Source: the human T2T-CHM13v2.0 reference genome, Homo sapiens. From it: DNA of 64,000 nt. Below the pieces are notes generated by a model. The model worked only from the letters and a program-made list of their open reading frames with translations, had not been told where the DNA came from and ran no database searches. The stretch lies in assembly GCF_009914755.1 (NCBI RefSeq), contig NC_060927.1, one strand, 5' to 3'. Of the stretch, positions 27,712 through 39,849 are shown one piece after another; position 1 is the first letter of the stretch, and every line of letters starts with the position of its first letter. Both the position numbers and the translations under genes were made by a program.

Positions 27712-29224
27712 CTGCAGTGAGAGAGACACAGAGGATGGTGAGAAGGACAGAACAGAGACTGAACAGTAGAGGTGAGTCTACTGGGCATAAAGAAATTATC
27801 TGTAAACACACATGTATTTAAATGTTTAAAACATAATTCTTGAAAGGTATATGTACAGGTATATATGAACTCAAAGCATGAGAAATACAAAGTATCAAAT
27901 AAAATAAAAAGAGACAGAGAGAGTGATATTTACCCTCCCTAAGTAGAAAAGTATAAAGCTGTACCTACCTGATAGGAAATAACCAACAAAGAGAGGTTTT
28001 GCCCTCCAAATGGTATCATGTTGGGGCTCTGTAGCTTTTCTTTGCCTTTTTTTTTGTCAAAAATAATGGAATGGAGAGGCTGGAAAATTGAGAAGAGCAG
28101 AAAGAGAAAATTCTCGTAGGTCTATTGAAAAGAAAGTTGAATAAGGAGTGATTTCAAGAGCTAAGGCTCACACAGCAAGCAGCTAAGAGGGACTGCAAAG
28201 GCTTTTGACACCAAGGTGGCCTCAGGTGAAGAGCAAGTCCCATATGGATCCCACTGTCACTGGAGTCTCTGCATACAGTTTCGGTTGGAATAAACTGGGA
28301 AAGAAAAATGTTAGGGATGCATAGGGAAAGTGCTAAGAGGAAGAAAGGAGTGAGGAAAGCTCAGGCTGGCTGTCCAGGCAGCTGCTACGGAAGGCAGACC
28401 CAGTCACAGCTCCATCCCTAATCAGCTAGGTGGCCTCCAGAAGCCTCTTTACCTTCTTGTGTCTCTATTTTCTCATCTTCCCGGGTCTCTTCCAGTTCCT
28501 ATAGTCTGTGTTAGGTCTGTAAGTCATACCTTAGACATGGATTTCCTCTTAAAATTTTTACTCTAAAAGAATCATCTACTTTATGAGTAATAAGTTTCAA
28601 TTGTTTGAATATGGAATACATTTGAGAGTTGCGAAAAGGTAGAAATCTAATGTTATTGATCTGTGGAACTTAAACAGAAAGTTTCAACGGACTCTGGCCA
28701 AATGTCCTGCTATAGAAGTTCAGATCACATGACTATGGCATTACAGCCAGTTGTTGAGAACATGTATAAATCATATAGGTCTCTGAGGGTTCTTGAGAAC
28801 TGAATTAACTTCTATAAAGGCTGAATCTCCAAAAAGTTTAGGAGGTGACAAAAATGTCACACCAGTCAACATGTAAGTGTTTTTGCTAATGCTTTTGTTT
28901 TGATTTTTTAGGTGAAACCATTACATTCTTCTGAGTCTGGAGAAGTAAAATACTTCACTCTCTAGTCTAGAATGACTTTCAAATCCTCATTTGGACAGTT
29001 GCTAGTGCTTCAAGAAAGAAAGCCTTCTCAATGACAGGCTCAACTTCACATAGTTCATGGGAATTGTAGGCATAACAGAGGAAGTAACCTAGCCAAATTC
29101 TTCTGCCAAAACACACCCTACATTCTTCTTCTTCTTAGGTTTTGAAGAGCATTTTGGGGGTTATAGTTGGGGACTGGGAGGGGAACTCAAAACTACAAAG
29201 CAGAAACACAGCTACCAATCTCTA

Positions 29225-29533
29225 TTTTTATTTTTTATCTTATTTTAATTATTTGAGACAGAGTCTCATTCTATTGCCCAGGCTGGAGTGCAGTGGTTGA
29301 TCTCAGCTTACTGCAACCTCTGCCTCCCAGGTTCAAGCAATTCTCATGCCTCAGCCTCCCAAGTAGCTGGGATTACAGGTGTGCACCACCACACCCGGCT
29401 AACTTTTGTATTTTTAGTAGAGATGGTGTTTTGCCATGTTGCCGAGGCTGGTCTCAAACTCCTGGCCTAAGTGATCGGCCTGCCTCAGCCTCCCAAAGTG
29501 CTGGGATTACAGGTATGAGCCAGTGCATCTGAC
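29225..29533 (-). mobile_element. Alu with TSD accaatctctatttt
   Basis: Full antisense Alu with the TSD on both sides. Confidence 0.9.
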
Positions 29534-29560
29534 CAATCTCTATTTTAAAATAAATCACCA

Positions 29561-29840
<280 letters not shown>

Positions 29841-30619
29841 TTTCTTGGTTCTTTCAACCTCCTGAATAACCATCCCAAAATATCGCCCAGCAGCCATGGT
29901 AAGGCCAATAAGTTTGATGTTGACTTAGCTGAGGCCTCTGCTCCCCACCTCACAGCCCACAGAGCCTGGTGTTTGTGTTATGAATGGTGTGGACTGATTC
30001 TACTCCAACCAAAGTACTGTCCTTTTCTAAGAATAATCTCCCCCTAGTACATTCTTCTTTCTACATAGCACTGCTGTGACCTCCAAGGTGAAATCCTAGG
30101 AATTCAGAGTACAACATAAGGACTGGTGACCTCCTATGGCATTTTTAGGCTTTAAAACCAGAAATGACTAAAAATATTCCTGTAAATCAGGCAAGGCAAA
30201 AAAATAGTCTCACCCACACACCACTTGCAGCTCCAGAATCTGTAGGCAGCTTTTACACAGAATCTATTTCCATTTAAACTCTACTCTTTCTCAGGACTGG
30301 GTTGTAGGGGAGAAGAGATCAGTGAAGAAATGTTGTGACCTGGCTCACCCAACCTTGTGCATCGGACAGGACAAGAGGCAGAAAGATCACTCACCCTCTC
30401 TGCAGCTCCACATGAGACATTGAGACCAGCTGGCCCAAGTAAGCAGATGACAGGGTGCTCCCCATGCACCCCAGCCTCCATCCCTGGGCCCTGTCCCTGC
30501 TGGTGTCTGTAGCCCTTGCTGCTGCTTCTTGTCATCCCAAGCTCCAGCACGAAGGCTTTATTTCTTGTGCCATCTTGAATAGATTGGCAATTATTTGTGA
30601 AGAGTTGTCTTAAATAGGA

Positions 30620-30752
30620 TTCTTGGGAATGCAGAGTGTTTAATGGGCATGGTGATGATAGCACAGCAACGTGAATGTCCTTAATGCCACTGAACTGCAC
30701 ACTGCACGTAAACATGGCTAAGATGGTACATCTCACGTTACATGTATTTCAC
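30620..30752 (+). mobile_element. L1M 3'-end fragment
   Basis: gtgaatgtccttaatgccactgaactgcacact...atggtacatctcacgttacatgtatttcac. Confidence 0.7.
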
Positions 30753-31169
<417 letters not shown>

Positions 31170-31968
31170 TAGCAAGTACAACCCGGACATCTAGAGTCTC
31201 AAAAACAAACCAACAAAATGCAACCAAATGAACACTCGGTTGGGTTCTGCCTGGATTTTCCTAGCCTGCAGCTCTAGCTCCTCACTGATATTGAAAGGGG
31301 ACAGAGGGTGGGTGTAATTCCCCAGAATCCCAGGGCCTTAAAAGGTAAGAAGCAGTGATACTGCAAGAGTGGAGGAGAAGGAGTGAGATTAGGGCACATG
31401 TGAAATATACCCTCTCTATGAGGCTTCTATTTCTCAGGAAAGTTTTTTTTCTCCTTTCCTGTATATCTGACCATAGAGGTCCCACAGAAATCCTCCAGGA
31501 TCTCCACTTTATTTCTATACTTGGCCTCTGCACTGTCCCCAACCCAGTCATGTCAACTACCTCTGACTCAGATGGAAGAATGTGCTTCCTGGCGTTACAT
31601 TTCCCTTGGGCTTTAATCTTGTGTGTGATTATGCATTGATGTGAATGTGTCTTAGACTGTAAACTCACTGAGAGTAGTGACTTATCACCCCAGCAACCAG
31701 ATTCTAAATAAAGCCTCTGTTCTTGATGACTGAGGATAAGAAGGGAAGAGGACATGAGCCTAGAGGAAGCTTCTGATGAGCCGAATCTGGGGGCCGAGTG
31801 TGGTGGAGTGCACGCAGGAGCAACATCTGAGTCTCCCGGAGGTGCCCAGTTGTTAGGTTCCCATGCCACAATCCAGGCCCAAGCCCAGCCAGGAATGGGA
31901 CACCCTTGGCACCTCCCAGGACTCTGGACACTCATCCATTCTGGTACTGGCTCCAAATTGGCACAGAC

Positions 31969-32029
31969 CTGCAGGAGGGGAGCAAGAGAGACCTCATCCA
32001 CCGGAAAAAGCTGAAGTTGGAGGCTGATC
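31969..32029 (-). CDS. SLC12A8: SLC12A8 penultimate coding exon (61 nt, phase 1 to 2)
   Basis: Acceptor cttccctgcag, donor AG|gtctgt. Encodes (G)SASNFSFFRWMRSLLLPSC(R). Confidence 0.93.
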
Positions 32030-33307
32030 CTGCAGGGAAGACATATACATAACCATTTTTGAAGGTTCTACATAAGGCATCTAGAAGCTCAGTTTTAATA
32101 GGGTGAATGCAAACCCCAATACACACACACGCACAGAATTAACACAAATGTTTTCCTTTTTCAGTCTAAACAAATAATTTTCATTGTAATCTTCCATGAC
32201 AGCAGCCTACTAAGGACTTTTACTCATGTGAATCCTTCAAAAGTTTATTTCCAAACTCCAAAATCACTCCCAAAAAACTGGATAAAGTGCTATAAAGACA
32301 AATGCAGAGACTTGCTAACTTTAGTCTTAAGAATTAAAAAACTTTGATAAATTTTTTAAGATTCATACTGACAAGTGTTGAATACACGCCATAAAATTTT
32401 CTACTAGACCATACACTGAGAATTGGGAACATGTCTTTTTCATCCTTATAATCATCACAGTACCTCACAGGATCTGGCACTTAAGAATTTTTTTAACAGG
32501 TGTTAAGTGAATCAAATAGTTCCACATGTAGAAATGTTAGAGCTGAAGTTTGAAGTGACATTGTTGTTGATTCTAGCCAAATAATCCTGACATCAAACAC
32601 ACAGATTTGAATAGGGTTTATCAATTGAAAAAAATCCATTCCTCCTTTGGTGTAGGTTTAAAAAAATTCACATAGTAAATTATATATAACTTTAGAGAAA
32701 CAAATCAAATGTGATTTTAGAAAATGCTTTCCTAAATTATACATACATATGATTGAAAATTGATTGATTAGATAATGTTCAATATATGATCAGGAAAATA
32801 GCATTATTTTAAGAGGCTTATGTTAAAATCTCCACAAATATCAACAGTATGCAGCTGATAACCTGTTTCCTCAATATCATTTAGGCCCTTATGGCTAAAG
32901 GGAAGATAAATTTTAGATCTGCATTTGCAATTGCAAAGAGAAGATTTCTAATACATTTTGAGATTGTCAGAAGGAAGAAAATAAACATATTTTATTAACT
33001 CACCCTACTTAAGTGTGATAATTTAGATTCTAAATTATTTGAATTTTAGATGGACATTGGCCTGAAATTTGATTTCATGTTTTCCTATGAATAGATTTCT
33101 AGGAAATAATTGAAATTTCTTAAGATCAAACTACTTTTTAAGAAATAAAGAAGCAATCACTGAAGTAATCACTGTTAATTAAAATATATTCTATCCATGA
33201 AGTCAGCTAACATAAGGACCTCTTCTTAACATTACTGTTTTCTAAATCATTATTTTTAATACACACGACTTAAAATGTTTGAAGTGCATTTCTTTCAAAG
33301 TGTTTGA

Positions 33308-33642
<335 letters not shown>

Positions 33643-33836
33643 AAACTTTTTTTTTTTTTTTTTTTTTTTAGTTTGCCTAAATAGTTATGGGCTATTTGAT
33701 TTAGTTAGTAGTTGTAACAAGTTGCTTTATTTTAAATTGGAGCATCATAGGATTTTGCTGAAAAGGGCTCTCTAATGTATTTTTAAACAGCTTTATTATT
33801 AAGGAATAATTGATATGCAATAAACTGTGTATTGAC

Positions 33837-34357
33837 TGTATTTTCTTGTTTTCTATATTCTGGATGCCCTGGCATTTTGGATCTTGATCCTGGAGGGTCT
33901 AGCTAATTCCTAGATACTGAATAGCAAACAATTCTCCAGTGGGTGGGCTTTTGATATAAAACCAACCAATCCAGGTTCTTCCCCTTAATGTAGTTCTTTA
34001 TCAAACTCTCCCACACCAAGCCAATATTACCCCTGCCCTAAATCACACGAGGACGAGACAACTATAGTTCATCCCTGTAGCCCAGAGTCTGCTAAAATTA
34101 CTCGAATTATTCAATCCTAGCCTTACGCAGTGTACCTACCCTGCCTTGCTCATTCCTTTCCACAAAAACCCAGAAGAGGCTCTAGGCCATGATCTCCCCT
34201 CTTCCTCTTCTGCCCCATGACTAACCCTGGTCCATCCCCACATGGCCCTGCATGGCATACCAAGCCTCCTGTTTCTAACGATCTTCCTCCTTCATGACAG
34301 TCATTTCCAGGTCTGTGTGTTTTACCACACCTGACTAAAACAAATCCTGGGTACATC
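33837..34357 (+). mobile_element. MER74-like ERVL LTR
   Basis: ctagctaattcctaga...aaccaaccaatccag...accctgccttgctcattccttt...atggccctgcatggc. Confidence 0.65.
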
Positions 34358-34377
34358 TGCAGAACAAACTGCATGTA

Positions 34378-34457
34378 AAGACAGTCCATGACTTACAATT
34401 ATTCTTTACAATTGGTTTATCAGGACATAATCCCATCATTAAATCAAGGAGTGTCTG
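34378..34457. mobile_element. Short MER47/Tigger5-type MITE
   Basis: Ends tttatcaggacataatcccatcattaaatcaaggagtgtctg|ta, with TA on both sides. Confidence 0.55.
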
Positions 34458-34480
34458 TATTTAAAGTATACAATTTGGTC

Positions 34481-34496
34481 TGTGTGTGTGTGTGTA

Positions 34497-34543
<47 letters not shown>

Positions 34544-34590
34544 CACAGTGTACACATGGTTAGATGTGTGTGTGTATATATATATATACA
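34481..34590. repeat. Compound (TG)n(TA)n microsatellites
   Basis: Direct reading. Confidence 0.95.
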
Positions 34591-34650
34591 CACAAGCAAG
34601 ATAATGAACACGTCTAGCATCACAAGCAAGATAATGAACATGTCTAGCAC
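34591..34650. repeat. 30-bp tandem duplication (28/30)
   Basis: cacaagcaagataatgaaca(c/t)gtctagca(t/c) twice. Confidence 0.92.
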
Positions 34651-36439
34651 CTCCAAAAGTTTCCTCAAGCCACTTCATAAGATCTCTCTCCCATGTATCC
34701 TTACTCCATTCCCATTCGAAAGTATCCACTGATCTGCTGTCACTATAAATTAAACCCAGCCTTAAAAGTATTTTTTGAAGGTCAGAAGTCCTTAATTTTG
34801 ATAAAGTCCAATTTATAAATATTTTCATGCTTTTGTTTTATCTAAGAAATCTTTGCTAACTCACAGTCGCAAAGATTTTTCTCTTACATTTCCTTCTAGA
34901 AATTTTATAGGTTTAAGTTTCACATTTAGTTCTAATATCCATTTTGAGTTATATTTTTATATGGTATGATATATAGGTGGAAGTCTACTTTCTGCATATG
35001 GCTTTCTGGTTGTTTCAGTGCCATTTGTTGAAAGACTATTCTTTCCTCCCACTGAATTACCTTTGAATCTTTTTCAAAAATCAGTTGACCATATATGTGT
35101 GGGTCAGTTTCCAAATCCTCTACTCTGTCCATTGATTCACTTGTCTAGCTCTTCCACATCACACTGTCTTGATGACTTTAGCTTTAAAATCAGTCTTGAA
35201 ATCAGAAAGTGCAAGTCTTACAACCTTGTTCTTCTTTTACAAAATTGGTTGGGCTATTAGGTCCTTTGCATTTCCATATAAATATTTTAGAATCTGATTG
35301 ACAATTTCTATAAAAAGGCAGCGGAGATTTTTGACTGGGATTATGTTAAATGTATATAAAAATTGAGGGATAATTAAACTTTTAAGAATATTAAGTCTTC
35401 CAATTCATGAACATAGTATATCTCTTCATTTATTTCTTTAATTTACTCTTTAATTTTTTTTCAGGAATGCTTTGTAGTTTTCCTTTTCTCAACTGTAAAT
35501 ATGGTGAATTACATTGATTAACTTCAAATGCTAAATGAACCTTGCATTCCTGGAAGAAACCCACTTGATCATGGTGTATTATTCTTTTCACATATTATTG
35601 CATTCAATTTGTTAAAATTTTGTTAAGAATTTTTGCATCTATATTCATGAGATATGTTAGTCTATAGTTTTCCAAAGAGTTTGTATAGAATTAGTATTTT
35701 TTCTTCTTTAAATGTTTGGTTGAATTTATTAGTAAAGCTGTCTGGGCATAGGCTTTTCTCTCTGGTAAGGTTTTTAATGACCAGTTTAATTTCTTTAATA
35801 GATGACCTGAATAGCCCCATATCTATTTCTTCTTGAGTGAGCTTTGAAAGTTTGTATCTTTCAAGGAATTTGTCCAATTCATCTAAGCTGTCAATTTATC
35901 AAGAGAAAGTTGTTTATATTATTTCTTTATTTCACTTTTAATATCTATAGGATTTCTAATGATGTCATCTCACTCATTCCTGGTATTGGTAATTTGTGCT
36001 TCTTCTTTTATTCTGATCAGTCTGGCTAGAGGTTTATCAATTTTACTGATCTTCTCACATAATCAGTTTTTTGCTTCATTTGCATTCTCTATTTTTTTCT
36101 GTTTTACATTTTATTAATTTCTACTCTGATCTATTCTGATTTATTATTTCCTTTTTTCTTCTTACTTTGGGTTTAATTTGCTCTTCTTTTTCTAGTTTCT
36201 TAAGTTGGATGTTGGGATCACTGATTTGCAAATGATCTTCTTTTCTAACGTAAGCATTTGATGCTATAAATTTTCCTTAGCTACATCCCACAATTTTGCT
36301 GTTCCATTTTCACCTTTATTCAGTTCAAAATACTTTGTAATTTCACTCTGCTTTCTTCTTTGAATCATGGATTATTTATTTTCTGTATTTTAATTAGGGT
36401 TATGTAATATTCTTTAGTTTCTAAATATTTGGGGATTTT

Positions 36440-36582
36440 CTTTTCTTTTTTTAATTTTTAATTTAGGAGACAGAGTCTTGTTATTTTGCCCAGGCTGGCC
36501 TCAAACTCCTGGCCTCAAGCAATTCTCCTGCCTTAGCCCTCCAAGTAGCTAAGACAACAGGTGTGTGCGAACTGTGCCTGGC
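36440..36582 (-). mobile_element. FLAM/Alu monomer
   Basis: gcccaggctggcctcaaactcctggcctcaagcaattctcctgcc. Confidence 0.8.
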
Positions 36583-37812
36583 TTATTCAAGGATTTTCTG
36601 ATATCTTTCTGTTATTTATTTCTAATTATTCCCCCTCTGGTCAGAGAGCATACTCTGTTCTTGAATTGACTTGAATACTTTTAAATTTATTGAAATATTT
36701 TTTATGTACTAGAATATAGTCTCTCCTGGTAAATGTTTCATGTATAATTGAAAAGAACATATATTCTGCTGTTTTGGGGTAGAATGTTCTCTAACTGTCA
36801 ATTAAGCCAGGTTTGTTGATAGTGTTATTCAAGTCTTCTGTAGACTTACTGATTGTATACTTATTTATCAATTATTAGGAAGGAGGTATTGAAATCTCTG
36901 ACTATGGTTGTGAACTTTTCTATTTCTTCCTGTAGTTCTATCAGGTTTTGGTTTGTGTATTTCAAAGCTGTGTTTTTAAGTGCATAAATGTTAAGCTTTG
37001 TTATGTCTTCCTGATGTATTTTTCCCTTCAGCTTCATGAAATCACCCTCTTTATCACTGTAATATTCTTTTCTCCAAACTCTACTTTGCCTAATGTTAAT
37101 ATAGCTACCCTGCTTTGTTTTTCATTAGTGTTAGCCTGATGTATCTTTTTCCTTCCTTTTACTTTTAACATGTTTGTGTCTTTACATATAAAGAAGGATT
37201 CTTGTAGGCAGCATATAGTTGGGTCATGCTTTTTCATTCAATCTGACAATCTTTGGCATTCAATTAGGGTGCTTAGACCACCCATATCTAGTGTGATTAT
37301 TGATATGGCTGGGATTACATATACATAAACCATCTTGTTATTTGTTTTTTGTTTGTCTCATTTGTCCTTTATTATCTTTTTCTGCCTTATTTTGATTGAG
37401 TACTTTTTATCTCCTTTACTGGCTTAACTATAACTGTTGTGTTATCTTAGGTTGCTTTAGGGTTTATAGTATACATTTTAAACTTACCACAATCTGCCAT
37501 CAAGTGATGTTATAGTATTTAACAAAGTATAAGAAACTTACAACAGTATACTTTCACTTCACTGCTAGCTCTTGGACTATTGTTATTCATTTTTACTTCT
37601 ACATATCTTATAAACCTCATTTTTAAGTTATTATTTTTATTGGTAATCATTCATGTGCTTGTCACAGTTCTCCTCCTAGACTATAAATTATTTGAAAATG
37701 GGATTCACATCTGAATCAGTGTTGGCATTCAATTGATATTCAAAATCTTTTTTTTCCCAATGAATGGTAGAGAGAATGAGGGAACCAGTGGCAAAATGGC
37801 TCTGCTGCTTAC

Positions 37813-37930
37813 CAAGGTGAAGCCCTGGACTGGCCCGGCCAATGTAGAAATACACGATGGCAGCAACACCCATGTTAACCAGGGTATACACCCACTGTAT
37901 CACAAACATGATGAGAAGGGACCCAACAGC
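37813..37930 (-). CDS. SLC12A8: SLC12A8 coding exon (118 nt, phase 0 to 1), last transmembrane segments
   Basis: Acceptor gttttcacag, donor G|gtaagc. Encodes [39 protein letters not shown](G). Confidence 0.96.
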
Positions 37931-38474
37931 CTGTGAAAACAGAGTAGGAAGAGCAAATCACCTAATGGCTTTCTACATGGTAAGCAAGCCACAAGGCTAA
38001 TGTCTTCAGCAACAACATTCCCTCTCATCAACTTCTGATCACTGTAAAAGTCTGAATAATTGAAGTTTATGAAGAATTCAAAAAACCTCACTTAAGCAGA
38101 TATTTGGGCAGACACCTTCTGAAAATAACTCTTTAATTAAAACTATCAACTAGATATTCTATCTTATCTCCTTGTCCCATTCCTCCCTATAAGAAACAAA
38201 TTAGGATGAAAGTATGATAACTTAGCATACCTTAAAATTTAGTAACCCAGAAGTTATCATAGACAATTATTTAAAAAGGAAATTATTGATTAAAATAAGC
38301 AGTCATTAAATGTAATCTTGCCATATGTAGTCTCATCTAAATTCTAATACAACAGGCAAATCACATTGCTTCTAATTAGGCCCTCCATCTTTCCTCCCCC
38401 ACAGCCCAAGATCACACATGTGTCCACCTGAACTCTGTCCCAAGAACAACTGAGATCAAGATGAAGTTACTCAC

Positions 38475-38572
38475 CCCCAACAGGGAGACCCAGGGGTTGC
38501 ACATGTGGGTATAGAAAGAAGTGGATCTTCTCCAGACATCTTGTTCTTGGAGCCTGGACTTCAGGAAGAAAT
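38475..38572 (-). CDS. SLC12A8: SLC12A8 coding exon (98 nt, phase 1 to 0)
   Basis: Acceptor ttttttag, donor GGG|gtgagt. Encodes (D)[32 protein letters not shown]. Absent from the ORF track and found by manual translation. Confidence 0.95.
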
Positions 38573-39249
38573 CTAAAAAATAGCCAAAGATTTGGCTGCC
38601 AAATTGCTATCAACTCTCTACTGTTTTTTAGGAAAATATACCTATGAGCTCCTCTTCCCCAATTTTGTAACTTAGCCTAAAAGACATCTCCCAGGGCTTG
38701 CTCTTGCAGAAGGAAGAAAGAAGTGTTTATGGCCTCCCACCAGCCAAGGATCTGAGAAAGAAAGAGAAGAGAGAGACAGAGTGGAGAGGAAGGTCCTCTG
38801 ATGCTCAAGGCACAACTGTCCAGATATGTCATCTGGGGCAACTAGAAGCTCAGCTCTCCCCTCTTTTTCAGATGTAAGGTGTTAGAGTGGGAGAACTAGA
38901 CATCTGGTATTCTTGGCTTCCAGGTGTGACCACCGGGACTGCTAGGGCAGGTTGGCTTTTGTCTAATGAGAGATGGTCTTTGCTACCTTCTGACTCTGAA
39001 AGTTAGCTCATGTTAGACCTGTCTCAGGTATCAACCAGAAACTGATGAAGGAGAAAGATGGAGGGAGAATAGCTCCTCTGATTCCTTCCTCTGGCAATTG
39101 AAATGGCTGAGGGGAAAGGGGCCTGGCAATAAACAAATGCATGATCCTGCCTCATCCTTTCAGGCACAACAGGGCTTTCAGAGCTATGTCATGTTCTATT
39201 CAGCTCTGCATTCTCAGTTTACAGCTGGCTCCAGAAGCGCTCAATTTAA

Positions 39250-39478
39250 AAATAATAATAATTTTTTAATGTCAGAGTAGTGAAGTTTGGGCTTTTAGTG
39301 TAAGCCTCACCCAAATAGTGTACACTGTAGCCATTAGGCAATTTCTCATCTCTCAATCCCACCCTCCTACCTTTCCGAGTCTCCAAAGTCTATTACTCCA
39401 CAATCTATGTCAATGTGTACACATTATTTAGCTCCCACTTATAAGTGAAGACATGAGGCATTTGACTTTCTATTTCTG
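39250..39478 (-). mobile_element. 5'-truncated L1PB/L1MA 3' end with TSD
   Basis: ttatttagctcccacttataagtga. TSD cagaagcgctcaatttaa / cagaaatgctcaatttaa. Confidence 0.8.
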
Positions 39479-39849
39479 CAGAAATGCTCAATTTAACTAT
39501 GAAAATGCATCTAGATTGTTTAACAATATGGTCTAATCACCATGAACACCACAATAATGTTTCAAATAAATGATATGTTGAATTAACTTCGCAGTATGTT
39601 TATACTTCATTTCAACACTAAAACTTCAGGTGTTCTCAACCTTCATAGTTTGTTGCTCAGGAAATATAGTAGAAAGCTCCCTACATAGCCCTTCTCTGTT
39701 CTCCAATATCAAATTTCCACTTCAGCCAAACTCTCTTGACTGTGCCATCTCCTCTGCCCAGCCCTTCCTTCTTCACTACGGTCCAAATCCTGTCTCATAT
39801 ACCAGTGTTCTTCCCCATGTCAACCACTCCTGATGTGTTGGTTCCTGGA

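Larger units (their letters stand above)
33781..37630 (-). mobile_element. Fragmented old L1 (L1MC/MD-like), interrupted by an LTR, a MITE, a microsatellite and a FLAM
   Basis: 3' end aaacagctttatt. Minus-strand ORF2 remnants DPHIYGQLIFEK, MDKFLERYKLSKLTQEE and DPTICCLQES (endonuclease). Confidence 0.85.

Noticed and set aside
31282-32001. 239-aa minus-strand ORF overlapping the 61-nt exon
   Set aside because: It is in a different frame from SLC12A8, has no recognisable domain and runs through intron. Probably a chance ORF.
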